From Squalus acanthias (lineage: Eukaryota): a DNA stretch of 64,000 nucleotides. The position numbers were made by a program, and so were the translations under genes. The notes beneath the pieces are model-generated. The model was not told the origin of the DNA and made no database searches. It was given only the letters and a program-made list of their open reading frames with translations. The stretch covers positions 1,860,001 through 1,924,000 of the forward strand of contig JASTWF010000034.1 of the NCBI GenBank assembly GCA_030390025.1, in the 5' to 3' direction. Shown piece by piece: positions 1 through 11,611 of this stretch; the first letter of the stretch is position 1; each line of letters begins with the position of its first letter.

Positions 1-870
1 ATGCCGGACGTCTGCTCTATGAGATTTTTGTTGGTGCTATGGCTCTCATTGTATTGCCACTCGGCAGGGGTGTTGGGTTTTTGGAGCGGTGTCATCAGCC
101 AGGTGCAGAGTGGATAACCCTTCTCCCCGAGGAGCCATCCACTAGGTTGACATGATGGTTGGAAGAGGTCTGCAGCAGTGGTCTGGCGCAGGATAAAAGT
201 GCTGTCGCTGCTGCCATGATGGCGTGCATTGACGGCGTGTATGAGCTGTCTGTGGTCACAGACCAAATGGCCATTCAGAGAGTGGAAGCCCTTGTGGTTT
301 CTGAACACCTCTGCATTCTCATGAGGTGCCCACAATGCCACATGCATGCAGTGAAAGGCACTCTGAACCATGGGGAAGCCCGCTATCCTCGCAATGTCAC
401 ATGCGTGTTTGCGCTGTTGGTCCCGGGTCATGAGAAGTGATGTACTGGCGTCTCCTCTTATACTAAGATTTTGTCACCTCTCGGATGCAACAATGAACAG
501 CGAACTGGGAGATATTCACTATGTCCCCAGTAGAAGCCTGAAAGGAACCGCTGACTTAAAAATTCCGAGCCACTGTCAACTTCACTGCCATCGACAGAGA
601 CGTCCTGGTCCTGAGTTGAGGCTGCAGATCTGGTTGCAGGAGGTGGCAGATCTCAGTGACCACCTCCTTGCTGAAGCGCAGCCATTGGAAACACTGCTCC
701 TCAGACAAATGGATATAGGAGGAGAATTGCTCCCTGAATACCCTGGGAGGGTAAGGTCTCATGTTGGCCCTACTCCGCTGGTCGCGTTTGCCACTCTCTC
801 TCTCTCTGTGCCTCTGCTGTCTCCGAAGATGAAACTGGACGACGACGCCCCAAGTTAGTGCGGCCCCCAT
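1..870 (-). pseudogene. Harbinger/PIF (HARBI1-like) DDE transposase remnant; runs off the window start, element sequence may extend to ~1350
   Basis: Minus-strand translation gives 'RPYPPRVFREQ..YIHLSEEQC..LRFSKEVVTEICHLL', 'IAGFPMVQSAFHCMHVA..FRNHKGFHSLNGHLVCD' and 'GWLLGEKGYP..WLMTP'. These match HARBI1 motifs, with catalytic DCTH and GDKGY mutated and the frame broken. Confidence 0.85.
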
Positions 871-1583
871 CGAAGCTTATAAATATCGTTAGAAGGAAGG
901 TGAAATAAAAATGAACCTCCAAATTGGTGCTCAGAACACAGAACTCCTTTGGTGAGCGTCGAATCTCTCCAGGCGTCTCTCAACCTGCATGTTCCAAAAA
1001 AATCGGTGACAAGATACGGCAGGAGGCAACCGCCTTTAAATAGCGCTCCTCCAGCCCCTTCCCGACTTGGAAACATACCCCCTCTACGTGTTGTTCCTAG
1101 CGGCAGGCTCTAAGGCAGGGGACGCGAGTCAATTTTCAGTCCGGGGCGCCACCAGGGCATTGCAAGCTCGACTGATGTCACGATCTGCAGGCGCAGGAGA
1201 TCGTGGCGGCAGTGTTCAGTGCCAGCGCAAAATGACTGGTCAATTTCATGAGCGGTGCTAAAATAGCCGCACTCGGGCACTAAGCTCCTATCGCCCCGTT
1301 ACCCCTCCCCCACCCGAAGGTGCTCAGGGGAGGTGCTAACCAACCGACTTTCCCACCCATGATTATCTGTGTTTCTATCTTTGTGGTTTCCCCATCCCAT
1401 CCGCGCTGCTGTCAGCTATTGATTCTGAAGGTGATTTCGTGTTACCAAGATTCAAATGTTCATCTCTGGCAAATTTATTGGAGGTGACTCTTTATTCAAG
1501 GAATGTCAGTCTGCTAACGACACTGAACATTTGTATCAGGTCAGAAAAATGCTGTCTTGGTTCGGGAGACTTTTCACCTAATG

Positions 1584-1714
1584 GCGAAAGGCCATCGACC
1601 TGAAATGTTAACTCTGTTTCTCTCTCTCCACAGATGCTGCCTGACCCGCTGAGTATTTCCATCATTTTCTGTTTTCATGTCAGATTTCCAGTATCCGCAG
1701 TATTTTGCTTTTGA
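1584..1714 (+). mobile_element. Short Penelope-like terminal-repeat fragment with degenerate hammerhead motif
   Basis: Flanked by a 12-bp direct repeat TTTCACCTAATG (1572-1583, 1715-1726). Same sequence family as 12975, 16740, 29735, 34150 and 37160. Confidence 0.6.
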
Positions 1715-2105
1715 TTTCACCTAATGCTCGGTATGGTTACTTAGAGAGTCACAGGAACAAATCCTGGCAGATCACATCCACATCTTTAAATGTCTGAAAT
1801 ATCCGCTAATCATTCAGTTCCAGTCAGTGTCTCCTTTCCCACCCTCTCCAGTTCGGCATTATTGGCACTGCTTCTGATGATTAAAGTAGGATTACAAGGA
1901 TAATTTACATTCTCACAAAACGTTCATTCAGCCAGATTTCAATACATTTCTTTTTGATCATTGATTTGAATTCACAATTGCATCCCATGCCCGTCTGTCA
2001 CAGTACAGTGGATCTGTCAGTGAGACCCAGAGTGATTCTCTATTGCCTCCTGCTGTACTTCAGGATAAACAATCCCAGCTGATTGTAACTGAAGTACTGA
2101 GGATA

Positions 2106-4064
2106 AGAACATAGAACATAGAACAGTACAGCACAGTACAGGCCCTTCGGCCCTCGATGTTGTGCCGAGCATTGTCCGAGACCAAGATCAAGCTATCACA
2201 CTCCCTATCACTCTGGTGTGCTCCATGTGCTTATCCAATAACCGCTTGAAAGTTCCTAAAGTGTCCGACTCCACTATCACAGCAGGCAGTCCATTCCACA
2301 CCCAACCACTCTCTGAGTAAAGAATCTACCTCGGACATCCCTTCTATATCTCCCCCCATGCACCTTATAGTTATGCCCCCTTGTAACAGCTGCCTCTACC
2401 CGAGGAAATAGTCTCTGAACATCCACTCTATCTATCCCCCTCATCATCTTATAAACCTCTATTAAGTCGCCTCTCATCCTCCTCCGCTCTAAAGAGAAAA
2501 GCCCCAACTCCCTCAATCTTTCCTCATAAGACCTCCCCCCCAAACCAGGCAGCATCCTGGTAAATCTCCTTTGCACTCTTTCCAATGCTTCCACGTCCTT
2601 CCTATAGTGAGGTGACCAGAACTGCACACAATATTCCAAATGTGGTCTCACCAAGGTCCTGTACAGTTGCAGCATAACCTCACGGTTCTTAAACTCAAAC
2701 CCTCTGTTAATAAACGCCAACACACCATAGGCCTTCTTTACTGCTCTATCCACTTGAGTGGCAACCTTCAGAGATCTGTGGATATGAACCCCCAGATCCC
2801 TCTGCTCCTCCACGTTCCTCAGAACCCTGCCGTTGACCCTGTAATCCTTATTCAAATTTGCCCTACCAAAATGAATCACCTCGCACTTATCAGGGTTAAA
2901 TTCCATCTGCCATTTTTCGGCCCAGCTCTGCATCCTATCAATGTCTCTTTGCAGCCTACAACTGCCCTCCACCTCATCCACTACTCCACCAATCTTGGTG
3001 TCATCAGCAAATTTACTGATCCACCCTTCAGTCCCCTCCTCCAAATCATTGATAAAAATCACAAACAGCAGAGGACCCAGCACCGACCCCTGTGGCACAC
3101 CGCTGGTAACTGGTCTCCAGTCCGAAAATGTTCCATCCACCACCACCCTCTGCCTTCTATGAGATAGCCAGTTACTTATCCAATCGGCCAAATTTCCCTC
3201 TATCCCACAACTCCTTACTTTCTTCATGAGACGACCATGGGGAACCTTATCAAACGCCTTACTAAAATCCATGTATACGACATCAACTGCTCTACCTTCA
3301 TCTACACACTTAGTTACCTCCTCAAAGAATTCAATCAAATTTGTTAGGCAAGACTTACCCTTCACGAATCCGTGTTGACTATCCCTGATTAAGTTGCCCC
3401 TTTCCAAATGGTCATAAATCCTATCCCTCAGGACCTTTTCCATTATCTTACCAACCACCGAAGTAAGACTAACCGGCCTATAATTACCAGGGTCATTCCT
3501 ATTTCCTTTCTTGAAGAGAGGAACAACATTCGCCACTCTCCAGTCCTCTGGCACCATCCCCGTGGACAGTGAGGACCCAAAGATCAAAGCCAGAGGCTCT
3601 GCAATCTCCTCCCTTGCCTCCCAAAGAATCCTAGGATATATCCCATCTGGCCCAGGGGACTTATCGACCCTCAGGTTCTTCAAAATTGCTAAAACATCTT
3701 CCCTCAGAACATCTACCACCTCCAGCCTATCCACCTTTATCACACTCTCATCCTCAAGAACATGGCCCCTCTCCTCGGTAAACACTGACGAAAAGTATTC
3801 ATTCATCACCTCTCCTATCTCTTCTGACTCCATGCACAAGTTCCCACTACTGTCCTTGACCGGCCCTACCCTCACCCTGGTCATTCTTTTATTTCGCACA
3901 TAAGAGTAAAAAGCCTTGGGGTTTTTCTTGATTCGACCCGCCAAGGACTTCTCATGCCCCCTCCTAGCTCTCCTAAGCTCTTTTTTTTAGCTCATTCCTT
4001 GCTACCTTGTACCCCTCAATCGACCCAACTGAACCTTGTTTTCTCATCCTTACATACGCTTCCT
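2106..4064 (-). mobile_element. 5'-truncated young CR1 LINE with nearly intact reverse transcriptase ORF
   Basis: The 555-aa ORF (2277-3944) has [37 protein letters not shown] and KFADD. A (TTCTATG)n 3' tail lies at 2106-2125. Confidence 0.97.
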
Positions 4065-4973
4065 TTGATATCTTCTCGTCTAATATTCTCTGCACAAGTT
4101 GGAAACAACAGGTGAAAAAGTACAAGGATAAATCTCTTCCATTTGTGTTCAGATACTTTACAACCGCACTTTGCCTGTGGGATAAATTGTCTGATTTCGA
4201 TACTGATAAACGCATTTAGTGGGACATTACCTGGTCGATCATCGCTATTTACTTTAATTCAGAGTCCATTATTTGCAATGTTACTTTGCAAATCTTCCTT
4301 TCAATGAGCTAGAATCTGTGTATTTCAACAAAAATGCAGAACACTCTATCTTCAAAACATAACTGATAGCCCAGTTATCTTTATAACTGCAGTGCACTTG
4401 TATTTATTATCTTAGCATTGTCGTATTACATCCGTACATTTTACATACAATTGCCTGTAATTATTGCATGCCAAGGTTGCAGTTTCTGTATTTTGCTGTT
4501 GCATTCCTTTTCAGTTCTAAATAGAATGGATATTCTGACCAGGAGCAGGAATCCAAGCGGGATCCCCACCACCCCTCGCTAACACAGGGGCACAGAAGCG
4601 AACTGCACCGCTCCAAATGCTGACTGATCCCGGGACACGAAGGCTTCCTGAGAGGGTCTGGTCCTTTGTGTCCCTGGTACCTCGGGCGGTGCTTTTGTGT
4701 GCTGGGCTAAATTTAGATCGATCATTTAATCTCTCCTTGATCAAACATCTGTTACTTTCATATTGTATTTATTCCCATTTCAGTTATTGATTCCACAATG
4801 TATTCCCGATTATTCTTACAATAAGCCCTGTATTCAGCTCCACAGGTAATAGGATTAGATTATATCATTGAATGTCGCTCGTGAGTTGCAGATTTCACCC
4901 CGAATTCCATCAAACTGCTGCTTTTGCTCCCAGCCTGATGAATAATTTCCCTGTTTATTTCCCTTCCTCACAG

Positions 4974-5875
4974 TGAACTTAGTGACGATTGTGATCCTGT
5001 CTCGGGGAAAGTGCGGTCTCTCCAAATGTGTCACTCGCTACCTGGTGTCCATGGCAGCGGCGGATCTACTGGTCGTTATCGTCGACCTGATATTGAGGCA
5101 GATTCCCATTGTTTATGAGGAACAGTTTATTTTCGTGCGGTCGATCCCCGTGTGTAATATCCACGCCGTCCTGCTGTTCGCAGCCACAGACTGTTCTGTC
5201 TGGTTCACCGTCACTTTCACCTTTGATCGATTTGTGGCCATTTGTTGCCAGAAGCTGAAAACTAAATATTGCACCGAGAAAACGGTGGCTGTGGTTCTGG
5301 GAACAGTGACTGTGCTGAGCGGTTTAAAGAACATCACCTGGTATTTTATGTTCAGAGGTCAGTATTGGTTTGGGAACGTCCCCTGGTTTTGTGAGGTCAC
5401 AGACGATGTTCGGCATTCACGGGTCTGGGGAACAATCGAGCTCCTTCATTATATTCTCACCCCGTGTGTCCCATTTGTGGTGATTCTGCTGCTCAATGCT
5501 GTCACCGTCAGACACATTTTAGTGGCCAGCAGAGCCCGCAGGAGACTCCGGGGTCCCAGCAGTGGGGAGAGTCCCAGAGACCCAGAGATGGAGAGCCGCA
5601 GGAAATCCATCATTTTACTGCTTGTTATCTCCGGCAATTTCATCCTGTTATGGGCAGTGTTTATGGTGTATTCTATATGGAGCCGGATATGGTGGTTGGG
5701 GTATCGGTCTGTATTTCTATCTGTTTATGTAATGGAACTGGGATTCATGCTGCAGTTGCTGAGTTGCTGCACAAACACTGGGATTTACGCCGTGACTCAG
5801 ACTAAGTTTAGACAGCAGTTGAACAATGTGGGGAAATATCCCTTTACTCTGATTGTAAAATTCATTAAAGGATAA
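4974..5875 (+). CDS. GPR139-like: Terminal coding exon of a class A GPCR of the GPR139/GPR142-like family; the first exon was not located
   Basis: A polypyrimidine tract and CAG acceptor (4971-4973) precede an open frame of ~300 aa. It contains 'NLVTIVILSRGKCGLSKC', 'MAAADLLV', 'SVWFTVTFTFDRFVAICC', 'PEMESRRKS', 'CCTNTGIY' and hydrophobic TM segments, and stops at 5873-5875. Confidence 0.92.
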
Positions 5876-5939
5876 GAAGAGGCGGAGACTTTTCAGACTG
5901 AGAGTTGAGAGTTCACAGGGCCTCATATGGTGGCGTGCC

Positions 5940-6930
5940 GCACAAAGATGGCGGCTCTGGGGCTCCACAAAAAGATGGCGGCACCAGCGCCCCGCACAAA
6001 GGAGGCGGCTCCTGGGGCACCGCACAACAATGGTGGCTCTGGGGCTCCGCACAACAATGGCGGCTCTGGGGCCCCCGACAAAAATGGCGACTCCGCGGCC
6101 CTGCACAAAAATGCTGGCTCTGGGGCACAGCACAAAGATGGCGGCTCCGGGGCCCAGCACAAAGATGGCGGCTCCGGGGCACAGCACAAAGATGGCGGCT
6201 CCGGGGCACAGCACAAAGATGGCGGCTCCGGGGCCCAGCACAAAAATGGCGGCTCCGGGGCACCGCTCAACAATGGCGGCTCTGGGGCTTCGCACAAATA
6301 TGGCGGCTCCGGGGCATCCCACGAAAATGGCGGCTCCGCGGCCCCGCACAAAAATGGCGGCTCCGGGGCCCAGCACAAAGATGGCGGCTGCGGGGCCCCG
6401 CACAAAGATGGCGGCTCTAGGGCCCGCACAAAGATGGCAGCACTCGCGCACCGCAGAAAGATGGCGACACTGATGCCCTGCGAAATGATGGTGGCTTTCG
6501 CCCATCCCCACGCCCATCAGAAAGATGGTGGCACTAATGTCCAGCACAAAAATGGCGGCTCCTGCGCCGGACTGAAAGATGGCAGCTCTGGAGCCCCGCA
6601 CAAAGATGGCGGCTCTTGGGACCTGCACAAAGATGGCGGCTCTGGGGACCCGCACAAAGATGGCGGCTCTGGGGCCATGCACAAAGATGGAGGCTCTGGG
6701 GCCCTGCACAAGGATGGCGGCTCTGGGGACCCGCTCAAAGATGGCGGCTCTGGGGCCCCGCACAAGAATGGCGGATCTGGGGACCTGCACAAGGATGACG
6801 GCTCTGGGGACCCGCACAAAGATGGCGGCTCTGGGGCCCCGCACAAAGTTGGCGGCTCTGGGGCCCCGCACAAAGATGGTGGCTCTGGAGCCCCGCACAA
6901 GGATTGTGTGTCTGGGGCCCCGCACAAGGA
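5940..6930 (+). repeat. CpG-rich 27-bp minisatellite (~35 units), most units carrying AAGATGGCGGC or a close variant
   Basis: Unit approximately GCACAAAGATGGCGGCTC(C/T)GGGGCCCC. The 9-aa periodicity (HKDGGSGAP) appears in several open frames. Confidence 0.95.
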
Positions 6931-7227
6931 TTGCGGCAGTCACTCCAGGACTTTCCATGGTGGCGGGAGCAGTTGGAGTCCCGGTTACTGTGAGAGCGGG
7001 CAGCGAGGCGGAGCAGCCTGGCCCGGCCCACAGGACCCCGAGCAGCCCAGCCCGGGGAGGAGATGGCCCGGCACCAGGACTTTATTAGTCATTATAACCC
7101 TTTAAATTCATTGCACCACTTTACAGATCTTTTATAACCCTTTATAAATCATTATGACTATTAATAAAACATTATGACGCTTTTTCAATCATTATGACAC
7201 TTAATAAATCATTTTTATCTCTAATTC

Positions 7228-7632
7228 TTGGGATGTGGGCGTCGCTGACAAGGCCAGCATTTATTGCCCATCCCTAATTGCCGTTGAGCAGGTGGTGGTG
7301 AGCCACCTGAGACAAGTAAAATGTCTTGATGGGCCATTTCAGAGGCCAGGTAAGAGTCAACCACATTGCAGGGGGTCTGGAGTCACATTTCTACCAGACT
7401 AGGTAAGGACAGCAGATTTCCTTCCCGAAAGGCCATTAGTGAACCAAATGGATTTTTACGACAATCCGGTACTTTCATGGTCACCATTATTGAGACAAGC
7501 ATTTCATTCCAGATTTGTTTAATTAATTGAATTTAAATTCCCCCAGCTTTTGGGATTTGAACACATGTCTCTGGATCATTTGTCCAGTCATCTGGTATTA
7601 ACTAGTCCAGCAACACAACCACTGTGCTACCG
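7228..7632 (-). mobile_element. tRNA-derived SINE with LINE-derived tail
   Basis: The minus strand starts GGTAGCACAGTGGTT (A-box-like) and has GTTCAAATCCC (B box). Its tail matches the LINE 3' end at 7650-7835. Confidence 0.7.
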
Positions 7633-7649
7633 TACCCTTCAAATATATC

Positions 7650-7835
7650 GCCGTTCTTTCATCGTCACTGGGTCAAAAGCTTGAAAATCCTTCAGTAAAA
7701 GTATTGTGGGAGCACCTTCACCACACGGACTGCAGCGGCTCAAGATGAAGGCCCACCATTTTCTCATGGGTAACTAGGGATGGGCAAGTGATACCGGCAT
7801 TGACAGCGTCACCCCTAGCCTGATAACAAATACAT
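7650..7835 (+). mobile_element. 3' end of a non-LTR retrotransposon whose tail is shared with the adjacent SINE
   Basis: '..CTGCAGCGGCTCAAG..CACCA..CTAGGGATGGGCAA..' is the reverse complement of the SINE tail at 7230-7305. Confidence 0.55.
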
Positions 7836-9569
7836 CGAAATAATAAAATAGGATTAAAATCAATGATTTTATAATTCATTGATTGAAACCTGATGAGGAA
7901 TGTGATCAGAGCGGGGCTTCAAGTACGCTAAACAAATTGTCAACACCACTTGGATCTCCAATTCTATCATTGTATGATTGATACTACTCACACTTTCCTC
8001 ATTTCCAAATCATTACAAAAGGTGCTTGAGAAAGGATTACATATTACCAACATTGAAGCCCATGGGATTAAAGTGGCAGTGACAACAGTGAGTGGTGTGG
8101 GGTATATCAGTATGTAAGATATAATTACATTGAGGGGTGTATCAGAGTGTTACAATGAGGGGTGTGGGGTTTATCAGAGAGTTACAGTGAGTGGTGTGGG
8201 GTTTATCATAGTGTTACAGTGAGGCATGTGGGGTGTATCAGAGTGTTACAGTGAGGGGGTTGGTGTATATCAGAGGATTACAATGAGGGGTGTGGGGTTT
8301 ATCAGCGTGTTGCAGTGAGATGTGTGGGGTACATCAGAGTGTTACAATGAGGGGTGTGGGGTATATCAGTGTGTTACAGTGAGGGGTGTGCAGTATATTA
8401 GAGTTTAACAGTGTGGGGGTTGGGGTATATCAGATTATTACTGTGAGGGGTGTGGGGTTTATCAGCGTGTTGTAGTGAGTTAAATCAGAGAGTTACAGTG
8501 AGGTGTGTGGTGTATATCACAGTGTTACAGTGAGGAGTGTGGGGTTTATCAGCATGTTGCAGTGAGGTGAGTGGGGTATATCAGAGAGTTACAGTGATGT
8601 GTGTGGTGTATATCACAGTGTTACAGTGAGGGGTGTGGGGTTTATCAGCATGTTGCAGTGAGGTTTGTGGGGTATATCATAGTGTTACCGTAAGCGGTGT
8701 GGGGTATATCAGTGTGTTACATTGGTGTTTCTTGTTTATATCAAAGTGTTACAGCGAGAAGTGTGCGGTATATCAGAGCATTACAGTGATGGGTGTGGGG
8801 TATATCAGAGCATTACAGTGAGGGGTGTGGGGTATATCAGAGCATTACAGTGAGGGGTGTGGGGTATATCAGAGTGTTGAAGTGAGGTGAGTGGGGTATA
8901 TTGGTCTGTTACAGTGAGAGGTTTGGAATATGTAAGAGAGGATTAATGTAAGGGGTATATCATTGTGGTACAGAGAGGTGTGTGAGGTATATCAGTGTGT
9001 TACTGTAAGGGATGTGTGGGGTATAGCAGAATGTTATAGTCAGGGGCGTGGGTTTATATCAGAGTGTTACAGTAAGGGCTGTTGGGTATATAGATATTTA
9101 CAGTGAGAGGTGTGGGGGTATATCAGAATGTTGTAATCAGGCGAGTGGGTTTACATCAAAGATCTACAGTGAGGGGTGTGGGGTACATCAGAGTAATACA
9201 ATGAGCGGTGTTGGGTATATCAGAGTGTTACAATCAGGAGTGTGGGTTTATATGAGTGTTTTACATTGAAGGGTGTCGGGTATATCAGAGTGTTACAGCG
9301 TGGGGTATGGAGTATATCAGAGAGTGTTACAGTGAGGGGTGTGGGGTACATCAGAGTAATACAATGAGCGGTGTCGGGTATATCAGATTGTTACAGTAGG
9401 AGGTGTAGCGTATAACAGAGTGTTACAGTGAGGGATGTGAGTTTATATGAGTGGTTTACATTGAGGGGTATTGGGTATATCAGAGTGTTACAGTGAGGGG
9501 TATGGAGTATATCCGAGAGTGTTACAGTGAGTGGTGTGGGGTAAAACGGTGTGTTACAGTGAGAGGTTT

Positions 9570-10408
9570 AAGAACATAAGAATGAAAGAAATAGGAGCAG
9601 GAGTAGGCCATTCGGCCCCTTGAGCCTGCTCCGCCATTGAATGAGATCATGGCTGATTTTCTGCCTCAATTCCATTCACCGGCCTTATCTCGATATCCCT
9701 TGATGCCCTTACTAGTCAGAAATCTATCGACTTCTGTTTTGAATATATTCAATGACTGAGCCTCCACAGCCCTCTGGGGTAGAGAATTCCAAAGATTCAC
9801 CACCCTCTGTGAAGAAATGTCTTTATTAGAGTTAGATATATTTCTTAAGGCTAAGGGGATCAAGGGATATGAGGAGAAGGCAGGGACAGGGTACTGAATT
9901 TGGATGATCAGCCATGATCGCATTAAATGGCGGTGCAGGCTCGAGGGGCCGAATGGCCTACTCCTGCTCCTATCTTCTGTGATTCTATGTTTCTATGCTT
10001 CTCATCTCAGTCCTGAATGGCCTACGCTTTATCATAAGGTTGTGGCCCTTGGTTCTAGACTCCCCAACCAAGGGAAACATTCTCCCAGCATCCAACCTAT
10101 CAAGCACTGTAATAATTGTTTATTTCAATGAGATACACCTCTCATTCTTCTGAATTCAAGAGAATACAGGCCTAGTTTATTTAATCTCCTCTCATATGAC
10201 AGTCCCGCCTTCCCAGGAATCAATCTCATGAACCTTCGTTACACTCCCTCTATGGCAAGTATATCCTTCCTTAGTTAAGGAAACCAAAATTGTACACAGT
10301 ACTCCAGGTGTGGTCTCACCAAGTCCCTATATAAAAGGAGGAAGACTTCTTTACTCCTGTACTCAAATCTTCTTGTAATGAAGGCCAGCATACCATTTGC
10401 CTTCCTTG
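9570..10408 (-). mobile_element. Nested CR1 3' fragments; a short plus-strand CR1 tail (~9825-9997) sits inside a minus-strand copy
   Basis: 'QRVVNLWNSLPQRAVEA' motif, CR1 3' UTR hairpin (GGAGCAGGAGTAGGCC) and two tails in opposite orientation. Confidence 0.85.
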
Positions 10409-10483
10409 GGGTATGTAAGAGAGTGTTACAATCAGGAGTGTGGGTTATATCAGAGTGTTACAGTGAGAGGTGTGTGGTTTATC

Positions 10484-11611
10484 TGTGAAAGAATAAGCCA
10501 TATAACCTATTCAGAAAAATACACCATTCTATAAAGGAATTCTGGCCTTATTAAAACATGACAAACTGGGTCTGGAAATCTAGAAACCTAACTATGAAAA
10601 AGCTCTGAAAGCATTCTGGCTGTAGAGATAAGATAGTTGTTGACACTGAGTCAATAACCTTATTGAAACAGAAGGTTAAAGGCTCCGGTAGGCTGACATT
10701 TCGTAACAAGACAATGCTTCACCCTGGTTAAGGTGTTCTAATTTATACCTCGTAAAGAAGCATAAACATTTGCCTTCGTAAAAATGACATCAAGTAAAAC
10801 GCACCTGCCGTTACACCGTTTTTTATGGAAAATTTAGAAAACCTAGAGAAGAGACATAATTCTGCATTGCTACCAGCTGTGGTGACTGTAAGAATTGCAG
10901 GGGTCAGCAGAAAAATGACCAGAGATAATTAGCTTACATGAGCAGAAAACCTTAAAGGAATTACCGCTGGAAAAGGGTATAAATATTGAACTCTCAAATG
11001 GGATAGTAGACGCGCTTTAAAGGGGCAAGGTGATTCTTGGCTTCAGAGACGGCTCTGTTTGTCTCCAACTCTTTGTACCTCGGGTATCAAAGGTATTTGA
11101 TTTTGGTGGATATCATGTAGAAAACTGAGAATTGTAAAACTGTAGCAAAGTTAAGATTGGAGAATAAGGTTCTCTAATAATCGAATTGTAAGCTTTCTCT
11201 TTTTGGAACTGTTAATGTTGCGATTGACTCACCAACTGTAAATTACATGTCGGTTCTTTAATAAATCTATATATTTTTAGAATTCTCTCACATAAGACAT
11301 CTGTATCAAACTCGCGAACTCAATCTCTGTGCACTCTTTGGTGAGGAGTTGCAGAATTCTGGGGAGTTTTCCGGACCCTCATAATATCCGGAACGTTACA
11401 GTCTAGCTCATCTTATTAAAAGTGCTATCTGGAGGACGGTAACATGTTCAGGTTGTTCCTTTCCTTTAGGGAGAGATAGTCCGGAACTTTAGATCCAATT
11501 AAGCATCTTTAGGATTCGGCTACCTCAAAGTTTAGTTGAAAGTGAACGTCTGAGGAACATGCCTGATCCGGGGTAGCCCTAAAGGGGCTAGGACTAGTAA
11601 TTATCACTTCA
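10484..11611 (+). mobile_element. Solo LTR (~1.13 kb) of an ERV or LTR retrotransposon
   Basis: TG...CA ends (TGTGAAAG...CACTTCA) with a 4-bp TSD TATC (10480-10483, 11612-11615) inside the satellite. TATAAATA at ~10978 and AATAAA at ~11260. Confidence 0.8.

Noticed and set aside
159..858. Plus-strand ORFs of 93 and 162 aa
   Set aside because: Antisense shadows of the Harbinger transposase remnant.
2640..3903. Plus-strand ORFs overlapping the CR1, and similar ORFs opposite other CR1 copies
   Set aside because: Recurrent antisense open frames of CR1 ORF2.
4780..4850. CAG|GTAAT at ~4843-4850 as the donor of the GPCR first exon
   Set aside because: The upstream sequence does not encode the expected TM1 start (YYP..A..G.P-like), so it is unsupported.
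5717..7105. Long ORFs (392 aa HKDGGSGA repeats on +, 413 aa on -)
   Set aside because: The 27-bp unit keeps nearly all frames open on both strands. This is a tandem-repeat artefact with no independent coding evidence.
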